Position numbers and translations under genes: made by a program. A stretch of DNA of 64,000 bases, taken from positions 9,610,001-9,674,000 of the forward strand of contig OX597819.1 in NCBI GenBank assembly GCA_951406725.2. Reading direction: 5' to 3'. The DNA is from Octopus vulgaris (Eukaryota). The notes beneath the pieces are model-generated. The model did no database searches. It worked only from the letters and a program-made list of their open reading frames with translations, and had not been told where the DNA came from. Below are positions 27,500-42,148 of the stretch, piece by piece; position 1 is the first letter of the stretch; each line of letters starts with the position of its first letter.

Positions 27500-27729
27500 T
27501 ATTTACGAGAGTTATGAGTTAGTTTCCAACTATAAAGAAAGTAAAAAAAAAAACTGTCAATATATTCCAAGTTTGTAAGCGCAGCCGTTTTACTTAATGA
27601 ATACATGTATGTGCATGTGTGTAAATACATGTATGTACATGTATGTGTATGTGTATGTTGTGTGGGTATTTGTGAGCATACATTATTTATATGTATAGAT
27701 ATGTGTATGTATATATGTGTGTGTGCGTG

Positions 27730-27774
<45 letters not shown>

Positions 27775-27852
27775 TTCATTTCATTTCATCTAGTGTCAGC
27801 TCACGAGCTGTGGGCATGCTGGAAGAGAGAGAGAGAGAGAGAGAGAGCAGAG

Positions 27853-28280
<428 letters not shown>

Positions 28281-28289
28281 TTTTATGTG

Positions 28290-28618
28290 CCTACTTGTTT
28301 CAGTCATTTGACTGCGGCCATGCTGGAGCACTGCCTTCAGTTGAGCAAACCGACCCCAGGACTTATTCTATCGGTCTATTTTGCCGAACCGCTAAGTTAC
28401 AGGGACGTAAACACACCAGCATCGGTTGTCAAGCGATGTTGGGGGGCGGGGGACAAACATAGACACTCAAGCATATACACACGCACACATACACACACAA
28501 AGCTTTGGTCGACTTGAAGCTAGAGTAGATGACACTTTCCCAGCGTAACACGCAGGAAGTCTGAAGCTGCAGCCATGTGGTTGCCAAGCTAACATTTTGC
28601 CACAGCCACACCCACGCC
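28290..28618 (-). mobile_element. Decayed SINE family A
   Basis: Similar to family A, with internal deletions. Confidence 0.7.
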
Positions 28619-28719
28619 TGTGTATAGAAGTATATATACTTTCATGCGTTGCAGCCGAAAGGTTGAGCTAATCTGGGATACTGCCAGTACCATCGACTTT
28701 TCAATGGCTAGTCTGATGT

Positions 28720-28980
28720 GGTAGGCTTTTGGTGAAGGAGGGAGTTTGATAGTCCTGCCTCTTTTGAGTTTCTTGGCGTCATTGTAGGTCCATTTGGGAT
28801 TTTGGTCAGAAGGACAATATACCTCTTGAAAATATCTGCCCAACTAAGCGAAACTCGCTCAGGTTTTTTTGGCAGCATACTAAAAAGACGTGGGCCTTTG
28901 AATCTGAAGCTATACAGTGTCTGGTCCTTTAACTAGATGGGATGGGTGGAACCCTTCGAACGCTCTAGTAGAGTCCTGTC
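28720..28980 (-). mobile_element. Diverged CR1-like LINE 3' fragment
   Basis: Translates LYSFRFKGPRLFSMLPK...DIFKR, parallel to NFFSSTGPALSNIFPK..TFKRSLD at 29819-29895. Confidence 0.55.
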
Positions 28981-29137
28981 GAACATATGTGTATGTACTT
29001 ATGAATGAATGTATGTATATGTATATGGACATACGCATACATACACACACTTATTTATACATGCATACATACATAACTATACGTACATGTGCGGGAAAAT
29101 ATACATGTATATGAATGAATATATATATGTATATATA

Positions 29138-29202
<65 letters not shown>

Positions 29203-29279
29203 TTACATGCACATACATATACATGCATATTTTGTATGTGCATTTGTGTGTATGTGCGCACACACACACACACATATAA

Positions 29280-29359
<80 letters not shown>

Positions 29360-29362
<3 letters not shown>

Positions 29363-30000
29363 AAAACTTTGAGCTGATGCATTTTGGCAGAAACTCTATA
29401 CTAAAACACAGCCATACTCTCTTCCTCACAGCATCTAATAATATCAGAGACCTGGGTGTAATTGTTGATATCAATCTCAGTTGGAGTGCCCACATCAACA
29501 ATAAGGTCGAGATATCTCACAGGATGAGCTCCTGGATCTCAAGAACCTTCCGGTCCAGAGAACAAGGTGTCATCATTTCACTTCTCTCCTCCTTTGTACG
29601 GCCACACCTCGAATACTGCTACCCCTTGTGGTCTCCCCATACAAAACAAAACATCTCGATGATTGAATCTCCTCATCATTTGTACGATGTGGAGAATATA
29701 CCGCCAGCATTGCTCAAACGACCTGAACATTAGTTTCAAATTTCATCCAAGGGTGGGACCACGGGCTATACGTCCCCTGCCCAATTCAGGATTACAACAT
29801 ATAGGTACACTGCGCCACAATTTCTTTTCCTCAACAGGCCCTGCCCTGTCTAACATTTTCCCGAAAGAGATCACCTTTAAACGGAGTCTGGATAGATTTC
29901 TTCAAGGAATACCGGATAAGCCACCCATACCTGGATACAACTCACTCAACAAGAACTCACTTCTTGAATGAACCATAAACAAAACTTGACTTAAACAGTT
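29360..30000 (+). mobile_element. CR1-like LINE ORF2 3' fragment
   Basis: [18 protein letters not shown]...RTFRSRE...VRPHLEYCYPLWSPH and FKRSLDRFLQGIPDKP, with internal deletion and frameshift. Confidence 0.88.
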
Positions 30001-30045
30001 TCATCTCAGAGTTGCGTAGTCACATTTAGTGACGATTATACATGC

Positions 30046-30155
<110 letters not shown>

Positions 30156-30186
30156 ACATACATGCACACACACACACATATGTATG

Positions 30187-30265
<79 letters not shown>

Positions 30266-30454
30266 GTAACTATGCAACATTATGTATATTATATATAGAT
30301 ATGTATAATATTTATTGAAATAATATGCGCACATATATTATCATATATATATGTGTGTGAATATTATGCATTGAGTTATTCTATTACAAGTATATTCATA
30401 TATATAGAAAATATATATGCACATTCACACACAAACATAAACTTATATATTAGC

Positions 30455-30485
<31 letters not shown>

Positions 30486-30615
30486 ATCAGCCGAAATTAC
30501 TACGATGATCCGGTTCTTGACTGAAGACTGAGGGTTTCGAATGTCCTGTCCGTGTTTATTGTATCGTCTTCTAAGAGTTATACGTTCTTGTCCATGTTGT
30601 ATTTTTCTACATACC

Positions 30616-30670
<55 letters not shown>

Positions 30671-30739
30671 GTGAGAGAGGGAAAGAAAGAAAGGAAGGAA
30701 GGAAGGAAGAAAGGAAGAAAGAAAGAAAGAAAGAAGGAA

Positions 30740-30775
<36 letters not shown>

Positions 30776-30933
30776 GTCTAAATCACATAAAAGTACATAT
30801 GCATAAAATTCTGCGAGGATATGGTTTTACATGTGTGGGGGCATATATATACTGTAGTATCTAACGATGTAGGTACGTAGTTATATTTATATCTATACGC
30901 ACGTATGTATAAAACGTACATAGACATACATAC

Positions 30934-30968
<35 letters not shown>

Positions 30969-30969
<1 letters not shown>

Positions 30970-31196
30970 TTTACTTTAAGCAGCAGAAAATTCAACAAAA
31001 TCTGTTACTCTGAGTTTCTCGTTGCCGTTCATCAGACAGTTTTTGCTAGCAAAAAAAGTCTGATGAACGGCAACGAGAAACTCAGAGTAACAGATTTTGT
31101 TGAATTTTCTGCTGCTTAAAATAAAGCATATTACTCTACCACTGGTATTTGAGTACTCTTTTTTCCACCTTGTTTCACATTTATGTGTTTACTCCG

Positions 31197-31198
<2 letters not shown>
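30969..31198 (+). mobile_element. Fold-back (TA)n element with HHR motif (family copy 1)
   Basis: Arms 30969-31126 centred on gctagc. Motif CTGATGA A cg-GCAA-cg a GAAA CTC at 31060-31083. Confidence 0.8.
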
Positions 31199-31240
<42 letters not shown>

Positions 31241-31372
31241 GCGTATGACTGTGAGTGCGAATATTTGGTTTACAGGTACGTGTTTACATTTACATACTGT
31301 TCCTACTGATGCATGTGCAATGCTATTTATATTTTGGTCAGGGTGTATTTGAATGTGTTTGTTTGTGTGTGT

Positions 31373-31415
<43 letters not shown>

Positions 31416-31815
31416 TGTGTGAGTGCATATGTGTGCGTGTAAGCGTTTGTGTAAGTATATCTGTGAGTGTGAGGTGAGTTGCTCTTATTTTAGCAAATGT
31501 TCACAATAACCTACGCTAGATGCGCGTTTAGTCCACTGAACATTTTACGGGTTAGTAGGTACCTAAAAGCTGAGAGCGAACAACTTAATAACTTTACTCA
31601 ACGAGTGCGTATATTTATATACACTGAGGAAAAGGAGGCAGTCAGAATTTTCCAAAGTTCTGACTGCTTCCATTTTCTCAGTATACAATACTTGTACACC
31701 ACTTCAAACACACACACACACACTCCCTCTCTCTAAATACATACACACACACATATATACATACATTATATGTACACGTATGTACCGTATATACATATAT
31801 ATATATATACATATA

Positions 31816-31903
<88 letters not shown>

Positions 31904-31904
<1 letters not shown>

Positions 31905-32096
31905 TGGAGTAAACACATAAATGTGAAACAAGGTGGAAAAAAGAGTACTCGAATACCAGTGGTAGAGTAATATGCTTTATTTAAAGCAGCAGAAAATTCA
32001 ACAAAACCTGTTACTCTGAGTTTCCCGTTGCAACGGGAAACTCAGAGTAACAGGTTAAATGCTTTAAATAAAGTATATATAGCTGCTTTAAATAAA

Positions 32097-32098
<2 letters not shown>
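31904..32098 (-). mobile_element. Same fold-back family, copy 2
   Basis: Perfect 26-bp arms at 32005-32056 centred on gttg|caac. Confidence 0.8.
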
Positions 32099-32139
<41 letters not shown>

Positions 32140-32279
32140 TACATATATGCATAAATACTAACACACACACTTGTATTTGTATATGTTTGAATATACTTGT
32201 ATTTACATATTTGTATGTATGTACATACTTGTATGTATTTTTGCATATACTTGAATGTGTTTATATATATATATAAGAC

Positions 32280-32505
32280 AGATATTTTCAACCAAAGATT
32301 GGTCCAGGCTATGTCTAATTTAATAGTACCACTAATAGGATTATCTAAATCCTTTTTAAGCCAAGTTTTGTGGTATTATGGTCCATTCAAGTAGTGAGTT
32401 CTTGTTGAGTGGGTTGTATCCAGGTATGGGTGGCTTATCCGGTATTCCTTGAAGAAATTTGTCCAGACTCCGTTTAAAGGTGATGGGATCCTTTTCCTCT
32501 TTGAT
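32280..32505 (-). mobile_element. CR1-like LINE 3' end
   Basis: Reverse complement closely matches 29870-29977 and continues into the 3' UTR. Confidence 0.85.
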
Positions 32506-32526
32506 ACATATATAAATATACGTATA

Positions 32527-32942
32527 GGCGCAGGAGTGGCTGTGTGGTAAGTAGCTTGTTTACCAACCACATGGTTCCGGGTTCAGTCCCACTGCGTGGC
32601 ACCTTGGGCAAGTGTCTTCTACTATAGCCTCGGACCGACCAAAGCCTTGTGAGTGGATTTGGTAAACGGAAAATGAAAGAAGCCCGTCGTATATATGTAT
32701 ATATATATACGTGTGTGTGTTTGTGTGTCTGTGTTTGTACCCCTAGCATTGCTTGACAACCGATGCTGGTGTGTTCATGTCCCCGTTACTTAGCGGTTCG
32801 GCAAAAGAGACCGATAGAATAAGTACTGGGCTTACAAAAGAATAAGTACCGGGGTCGAGTTGCTCGATTAAAGGCGGTGCTCCAGCATGGCTGCAGTCAA
32901 AATGACTGAAACAAGAAAAAGAGTAAAAGAGAGTAAAAGAGA
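32527..32942 (+). mobile_element. SINE family A, full length
   Basis: Similar to other copies. Confidence 0.9.
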
Positions 32943-33354
32943 TACACGTATATATAAATAAACGTTTGCCACTTAGAATAAATATATAAATTTATGTACG
33001 TGTGTGTGCATGTACAAGTGACTCAAAAGTACTTGTAGCATTGAAATTAAACGACTCATAACGAAGATTATTTGAGCTTCGTGAGCGTCTCGCCTCAACC
33101 TTTCTTCGCAATGACCTTACTCATTACTTCATTGCTTATTAAACCTGTAGAGTCAAGTCCCCACGTTGACTCGAACAATTCAGATATTGCAGATTAGTTT
33201 GTCTGCCATCCAGCAGCTCTTGTCCGCTCTACTCCCGACAGCTGAACTCCATATGCCGCCATGATGTGTCAATTTTCGGACAATTGATATTCGTCCATAC
33301 AGATGTGTTTGTGTTTATGTGTACGCTTGTATATGTAGATATGTATATATATAT

Positions 33355-33585
33355 ATTTCTTTATTGCCCACAAGGGGCTAAACATAGAAGGGACAAACAA
33401 GGACAGACAAAGAGATTAAGTCGATTACATCGACCCCAGTGCGAAACTGGTACTTTATTTATCGACCTCGAAAGGATGAAAGGCAAAGTCGACCTCGGCC
33501 GAATTTGAACTCAGAACGTAGTGGCAGACGAAATACCGCTAAGCATTCCGATCGGCGCGCTAACGTGTCTGCCAGCTCGCCACCC
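33355..33585 (-). mobile_element. SINE family C
   Basis: Similar to other copies. Confidence 0.85.
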
Positions 33586-33809
33586 TATACATGTATACAT
33601 GTATATATAGGCATACATATGTATATATATATCCACACCTACACACGCTTATATTTGTATATGTATATGTGTGTATGTATGCATTTATGTATATGTGTGA
33701 GTGTGTGTGTGTGCCATGTGTCTATGTATGTATGTATTTATATCCATATGTATATATGTGTGTATATAAATATACACATACACAGACGCACACACACTCA
33801 CACATACTC

Positions 33810-34190
33810 ATGCATACATACATACATACATACATACATACATACATACATACATGCATACATACATGCATACATACATACATGCATACATACATGCATG
33901 CGTACATACATACATACATACATGCATGCATGCATACATACATACATACATACATACATACATACATACATACATACATGCATGCATGCATACATACATA
34001 CATACATGCATGCATGCATACATACATACATACATGCATGCATGCATACATACATACATGCATGCATGCATACATACATACATGCATGCATGCATGCATA
34101 CATACATACATACATACATGCATGCATGCATGCATGCATACACACATACATACATACATACATACATACATACATACATACATACATACA
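33810..34190. repeat. (CATA)n/(CATG)n compound tetranucleotide repeat
   Basis: Direct reading. Confidence 0.9.
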
Positions 34191-34618
34191 TAATGATTCT
34201 CGTATAAAGATCTTTCTCTATTGCCATTTGGTGATCCTATAGAAGGAGAGATAATTTTTATAAATCTAGAATTGACGTTATAGGGCATTTGATATACCTG
34301 TATTTGTTTGCATATGTTGCTTATATATGCGTGTATATATATGTATATACATACATACATGTCAATGACTACTTAGTTATTTCTTTCAGCTGATCCTTCT
34401 TATTTTATGGAAATTCTCTTGGCCATAAATGTCTTCCACTTTTTTCCTGTATGTCTTTTGCTTGCTGGAGAAATGTCAGGACCTTGTTTTACTGAAAAAA
34501 CTTGTATTGTATTTGATATGACTGTATTGGTCTATATTCTTCATATACATACCACTATCCAGCAGTGTTATCTCACTGTTTAATATATATATATATAAAT
34601 ATTAAACATTCGATTAAG

Positions 34619-34678
<60 letters not shown>

Positions 34679-34702
34679 CTGTATATATGTATGTATGCAT
34701 GC

Positions 34703-34766
<64 letters not shown>

Positions 34767-34789
34767 GCATGCATACATACATATATACA

Positions 34790-34857
<68 letters not shown>

Positions 34858-34892
34858 TATACATACACACATACACACATATATATATATAT

Positions 34893-35190
34893 AGGTGCAG
34901 GCGGGGATGTGTGGTAAAAAGCTTGCTTCCCAACCACATGCTTCCGGGTTCAATGAGACATTGGGCAAATGCCTTTTGTTATAGCCTCGAGCCTACCAGA
35001 GCCTTGTGAATGGATTTGGTAGACGGAAACTGAAAGAAGCCAGTCGTGTGTGCATATATATTTTAATAAATTTCAGGGTAGTAAAAAAATGATTTAAGCA
35101 CTAGGCCTACAAAAAATAAGTCTGCGGGCGATTTCTTTGACTAAAGACGGTGCTCCAGCATTGCCGCAGTCAAATGGGTGAAACAAATAA
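34893..35190 (+). mobile_element. Decayed SINE family A
   Basis: Head and tail recognisable. Confidence 0.7.
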
Positions 35191-35294
35191 AAAGAATGAG
35201 TGAAGAAAAAATATATATATGTATATTATTGGCAAAAAAATAATAAACAAATAAATAAAATGACCATCCCGAAATACAACAATATATATATATG

Positions 35295-36499
35295 TTAAGT
35301 CGTCAAGTATGTAATTTGTAGAAAAGGAAAAAGTTCAAATTCCGCCGAGGTCGACTTTGCCCTACAAGGAATGGTTTTATTCATCAAAGTATGCACCCAT
35401 ATTGTCAATACTCTTTTGCCATTTCAGCAATAGCTTGTCCAGCCCGAAACTGTAAAAGCCTGGCAATATAGAGTCAATAAAATCTTGGAAGGCCGGTTTT
35501 ACAGCATCGTCGAAATTAAATATTTTCCCTATAAAAATGTTATCCAAATTCTTGAAGAAGTGGTAGTCAGTGGGGGCAAGATCAGGTGAGTACGGTGGAT
35601 GATGGAGAACTTCCAACTCCAACTCATGTAGTTTTGCCAATGTCATTTTTGCGATGTGTGGTCTGGCGTTGTCTTGCAATAAAATAGGAGTGGATCTGTC
35701 CACTAATCTAGGCTGTTATTTTGTAAGTTTCTGCATCATTTGGTCCTATTGGCTGCAGTATACTTCGGACGTGATTGATGAACCAGGTTTAATGAAATCA
35801 TAATACACACCAGCGCCAAACCACCAAACACACACCATCAACTTCTTTTGATGAATTTTGCTTTCTGGACTGTGTTTTGGTGGCTCGTCTTTGTCCAACA
35901 TTTGTGCTGAACGTTTACGGTTGTTGTATTGGCTCCAATTATCATCACATGTTACAATTCGATTCAAAAATGATTCATTTTTGTGACGAGAAAGTAGCAT
36001 AATGCAGGCTTCCAAACGTTGCTGTTTCTGATTTTCATTGAGTTCATTTGGAACCCACTTAAATAACTTTTTCACTTTACCGATTTGAATTAAGTGAGTC
36101 GATATTGTTTGCTTGCTAACACCAAACAACAACGATAATTTATGGACACTTTGAGATGGATCTGACTCGACGGTGGCTTTCAGTTCGTCATTATCCACCT
36201 TTGTTTCTGGTCGACCGCGTTGCTCATTTGTGAGGTCAAAGTTACCAGAACGAAATTTTGCAAACCAATTTGATACTGTAATAACATTGGAATGAAATAC
36301 CCCATTAATATTCTGAGTTGTCTGCGATGCTGTATTTCCAAGTAAAAACTCATATTTCAAAACTGTACGAATTTCCGATTTATCCATCTCTAAACAAAAA
36401 CAGCAAAAAACGATTAATAAATACTTTATAAAGCGCAAAATGAGCAGCTGTCAAAGTTTACCATATAACTTACTACAAATTTCATACTTCACGACATAT
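35295..36499 (-). mobile_element. Mariner (DD34D) transposon, near full length
   Basis: Imperfect TIRs ttaagtcgtcaagtatgtaatttg and tatgtcgtgaagtatgaaatttg in TA tracts. Confidence 0.88.
35377..36387 (-). pseudogene. Mariner transposase, 337 codons in one frame with two premature stops
   Basis: MDKSEIR..., WVPNEL, IVTCDDNW, LQDNARPH, YSPDLAPTDYHFF. The junction reads YCSQ*DQMMQKLTK*QPRLV. Confidence 0.93.
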
Positions 36500-37164
36500 A
36501 TATACACTCACAGACATACACACACACACACTCATATATATTATATATATATAGACTCACAGACATACACACATATATGCACATATATACATAAAGGGAA
36601 TAGAATGTGAGTGGTATTTGTAGGAGAGATTCAGTGAATGTATATACGCGTGCATATATACAAATATACATGTGTGTGTGCGAGTGCGTATGTGTGTGTG
36701 TGCGTGTGCGCGTATGTGTGTGTGTGTGTGTGTGTACGTGCGTGTGTGTGTGTGTGTGCGTGTGTGTATGAGTTTAAATCCTGCCGAGGTCGACTTTGAC
36801 TTTCGAAGTCGGTAAAATAAGTACCAGATGAGCACGGAAGTCGATGTAACCGACTTGTGCCAAAATTTGAATCTGAAAATATGTGTGCGTGTGCGTGAGT
36901 GTGTGTGTGCATGTGTGTGTGTGAGTGAATGTGTGCAATTGTATCTCAAGGGTAGCTGCCTTTTGCCAAACGTAAACACACGTATGTTCCCTTTTACTTC
37001 GTCTTCGACCTAGGGCAGAGGGACCATGTCATTCGTGATGCTGTGAATTGCACCGAAACCACTTTGACAAATGTAGCTGATTGACTGGCCGAACAATTTA
37101 TGAAATAATCGATTAGCTAACCGATTAAATAGTTAGTAAGACAGAATCAATACGTGTGTTTGTT

Positions 37165-37472
37165 ATCGGCATAATGACTGTCCCAATACAACACAAAAAT
37201 TATGTTTCGGCACAGAAGCGCACGAACTCACATCAAGATTCTTTGCCACCAAACACAAAAACGGAGTGTATGTGCGAGTGCATGCATGTGTCTGACCTTC
37301 GAAACATGGAGTAGATGAAATTAAGGCGATTGAAGAAGGGGAATTTTCCTTGTTTTGTATGTCCTGTAATCTATTGTTTCGTTGTTTAAGAAAAATGTCC
37401 ATTTCCTTGGTTTTGTGTTTATGTTTTCGTTTCTCATTGTGTTCGACGTTTTTTTAGGTGTCCTGTGCCCAT
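37165..37472 (+). mobile_element. Probable PLE pLTR remnant
   Basis: ccttcgaaac...ttgaagaagggg followed by a GT-rich tail, resembling 7480-7590 and 7950-8100. Confidence 0.35.
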
Positions 37473-37536
37473 ATATGCATGTATATATACATGTAGAGGT
37501 AGGTACGTACATATATGTATGTATATATGCATATGT

Positions 37537-37591
<55 letters not shown>

Positions 37592-37915
37592 CACATACAC
37601 GCACTCACGCACACACACAGAAAGACAGACTGATAGATTGAGTGTTAGAGATTAAACAAAAGCGTATAAAATATGCGCGTAAATACAGACGCACACACAC
37701 GCGCGCACGCACACATACGCACACACACACTGACCCTGACGAACACACATGCGCGCGCAAACATACACATACACACACATTCATGATCAAATTCATGCAT
37801 ATGTTTGGTAGATGCGGGATTATATATTTTCGTTGAAACCACCCACCTGGTAATGTATCTATGTAATTGTGTGTACAAATGCCACTTCGTAAAACTCAGC
37901 ACTCAAAGTTTATGC

Positions 37916-37972
<57 letters not shown>

Positions 37973-38493
37973 CATACATACACACACATACACACATACA
38001 CATACTCACACACATATATATGTATGTATATATCTTATTTTTGTTCTTCAAATTCTTCCATTAAAACAGAACGGTTTCCAGCTAAAGAACATGGAATTCT
38101 CGATGGGAATTTAGACCACCACGAGGTGGAACCACATGCTGGCTTTCAGGAAGTCTTGCATAATTACACTGTTTCATTCGTTCTTGTAGCTGTATAAAAG
38201 TATTTCTAAGAGGAACATTTTGGCGCTGTATGCGTGTGTCTACATATATATGTGTATATGGGGGAGGTGCATGTGCGTATATGTGTATGTATGTATGTAT
38301 GTATGTATGTATGTATGTATGTATGTACGTACGTACATTCTTAGGCATCTATATAGATATGCCCCAACACACACATATAGGTTTGGTAGAAGAAACGGGA
38401 GAAAGAGAAGTCAATATATGTGTATATACTTTTGATCTTTTATTGGAGTGATGTTATACAAGTAGAGTTCATATACATACATACATGTGTATT

Positions 38494-38550
<57 letters not shown>

Positions 38551-38554
<4 letters not shown>

Positions 38555-38716
38555 TCTCCTTGTTTCTCTCCTTGTTTTTTTCTGTGTATCTTTCTGTCGA
38601 AGAGCGTAGGCTCGAAACGTAAAAGACTTTTTCTATTCCTGAGCGCTATGCTAATACAATTGTTTATTTGTACTCTACCTGCCTTCGTCTTTTGTTTATT
38701 TTCGTACATTTTCCCT
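38551..38716 (+). mobile_element. Short (TA)n-flanked element with HHR-like motif (copy 2)
   Basis: Motif at 38589-38626: tcttt CTGTCGA A gagc-gtag-gctc GAA ACGT A aaaga. Confidence 0.75.
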
Positions 38717-39371
38717 ATATATATATATATATATAGTTTCCTGTAGCTATCTACCAAATTTACTCAAAGGGCATTGGATGTGTTGCTGCAAAGCACTCAT
38801 GCAACATGTTTCACATGCATGTGGAACTGCACCCGAGACCATGTGGTTGCAAAACGATTTGTACGTCTGTGCCCATATGTATGTGTGTGTATGCGTGTAC
38901 AGTAGAGAGAAAGTCAGCTAATATATGGAATGGCGAAAAATAGCCCATATGTGCATCTATTCTTGAAACAGCTGTAAGGGAATATCTCCACATATTCTTA
39001 CTCTCTTATTTCTCCAATACACTTTATTCTATTCTAACAACTCTAACTGCTCTACAACTACGTTCCCATCTACGTTTAGATATATAACCTCTAACTGATA
39101 CCAATTGTTTGCCTGGTCATTCTTTCTTTCTACAGTACGTGTATCTGCTCAGTGATAAACCACTTATAGCCATTCATTGCTATTTAAGTAAGTATTTTTG
39201 TCGCAATTCAAGTTGTTGTTTTAGGTTATTTAGGTGGTAAGTCAAGCTGAGCACTTGTGTATACATTACGTCATTAGATACAATTTTACCTGGTAAGGAA
39301 AAAGAAAGTGAGAAAGAGACAGACGCAAAAAGTAAGCTAGGAAGAGATATGAAAGAGAAATAAAAAGAGAG

Positions 39372-39437
<66 letters not shown>

Positions 39438-39454
39438 GTAGGTAGGTAGGTAGG

Positions 39455-39866
<412 letters not shown>

Positions 39867-39996
39867 GCATAACAAAACGTCTCATATGAGGCAGAACAAG
39901 GGGGGGTGAATAGCTAGCCTTCATCAAATGTATCGCCAGAAATTTTGCCAGTTTCGACACTTTGGCATAAATGCGACGTGTGTGAAAGTGTGTGAG

Positions 39997-40038
<42 letters not shown>

Positions 40039-40044
<6 letters not shown>

Positions 40045-40201
40045 TATATAGAAGGAGCTTCTACAGGACTAGAACTGTTTCATTCCTTGAATGAAACAGT
40101 TCTAGTCCTGTAGAAGCTCCTTCTATATAATAAATTAATTTTACTCTTCTATGTATTGAGTACCTTATTTACTGTGGTTAACCCCGAATCAACCCGGGAC
40201 C

Positions 40202-40205
<4 letters not shown>
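40039..40205 (+). mobile_element. Fold-back (TA)n element
   Basis: Perfect 47-bp arms (40039-40085 and 40089-40135) with a 3-nt loop, then a ~70-bp unpaired extension, then (TA)n. Confidence 0.85.
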
Positions 40206-40240
<35 letters not shown>

Positions 40241-41704
40241 CGTGTACGCATACACGCATACACACACATACAGACACGTACATACATATACATGCATACA
40301 CGCACTCCAACCCGTGTTGGAGTGGCGTCTATAGTTTGCATGTGCTGACATTGTGTGGTGTCTTATATTGCCATAATACGTGTGACGTCGCAGCTGCTGT
40401 TTCAATGTCTCTAAGCCCCCTGCCACCGAAAACTCCCCCTGCTGTACCCCGTAATCTACCAGGAGCCCTAACCATATAACCTTTTCAGCGCCTGGTGGCG
40501 TGGGGGGGAGGGGCTGTTTTTAGGAGCTTCAGTTAAATGCCACCCTCAACTTGTTCATTCGCCATTGTGCAACACAGTGACTTTATCCGCCAAGGCTACC
40601 ACAATGGCGGAGATGGTGGTGAGTTGATAGTAGTAGTAGTTGTGGGTGTGGCGTCGGCAGCGGTGATGGTGGTGGCGTTTGTAGAAGCCGCGGTGACGGT
40701 GGAATTCGTTCTTGTTTGGCCTAAATTCATCATGAAGTGGGCAGATTTACGAAGTCAATGTTGTTTTGACTGGTTTTCATGTAATTTGGTGCGTTCGGGT
40801 CTTCAATATGTTTTTTTAAATAAATTGATGGAGATTTGGCCGCTATTTCTAGCAAATCGTCTGACTGCATTTGGTGTAGTTGTAGCTATATGTATAGAAA
40901 TTAAAGATAAAATATAAATTACAAAGTGGGACAAGAACGCAAAAACACATTGAGACGACACAAAAAACAGACGGGTCACTCGAAGCCTCTAATCTTCAGT
41001 CGGGAACCGGATCATCTTAGCAATTTCGGCTGTTTAATCTCGATATCGTTCCGAACCGGCCAGGTGGATTGGGAAGTCTGTGACATGTTGACGGTGATAG
41101 TGATTGTTGTTGTAATGGCGGTGACGGGGCTTGGGGGAGGGCATTAATGATAACCTGTAATGATGAATTTAGTAAATGTTGTGATGATGATGATGATGAT
41201 GAGGAGGAGGAGGAGGAGGAGGAGGAGGAGGAGGAGAAGGAGGAGGAGGAGGAGGAGAAGAATGAGTATCATGATGATGACGGCGACGAATACGGCGATG
41301 ATGGTGATATGGATGACAACCATCAGTAACACAAATGATTGAATGGTGAAATTAGGAGTTAAGCATTTTTCTGGGAAGGAATAAAGAACTCAATGTGGGT
41401 TTGAAATCACCATTGCACCATCGCGAAGTCAGCGGCTTCCTTAAAACGAAAATGTTTTTTCTGAACAAGATCAAAAGCAAGAAAAGTGAAGAAAGATAGT
41501 GGAAACGAGACGTGGAATGAGAGAGAGGTGGGGGGTGGGGAGACGATGAAAGAAAGAGTGGGCTAATGAAAAAGAAAGTGAGACAGACGCAGAAAGTAAG
41601 CTAGGAAGAGATATGAAAGAGAAATAAAAAGAGAGAGAGAGAGACGGAAAGGTATGGCAAGGCATGGTATCAGAGAGAAAAGCAATGTGTGTATGTGTAT
41701 ATAT

Positions 41705-42105
41705 GAGTGGCTGTGTGGTAAGTAGCTTGCTTACCAACCACATGGTTCCGGGCTCAGTCCCACTGCGTGGCACCTTGGGCAAGTTTCTTCTGCTATAGCC
41801 TCGGGCCAACCAAAGCCTTGTGAGTGGATTTGGTAGACGGAAACTGAAAGAAGCCCGTCGTATATATGCATGTATATATATATGTGTGTGTGCATGTTTG
41901 TGTGTCTGTGTTTGTCTCCCTAGCATTGCTTCACAACCGATGCTGGTGTGTTTACGTCCCCGTCACTTAACGGTTCGGCAAAAGAGACCGATAGAATAAG
42001 TACTGGGCTTACAAAGAATAAGTCCCGGGGTCGATTTGCTCGACTAAAGGCGGTGCTCTAGTATGGCCGCAGTCAAATGACTGAAACAAGTAAAAGAGTA
42101 AAAGA

Positions 42106-42106
<1 letters not shown>
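41705..42106 (+). mobile_element. SINE family A
   Basis: Similar to other copies. Confidence 0.9.
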
Positions 42107-42148
<42 letters not shown>

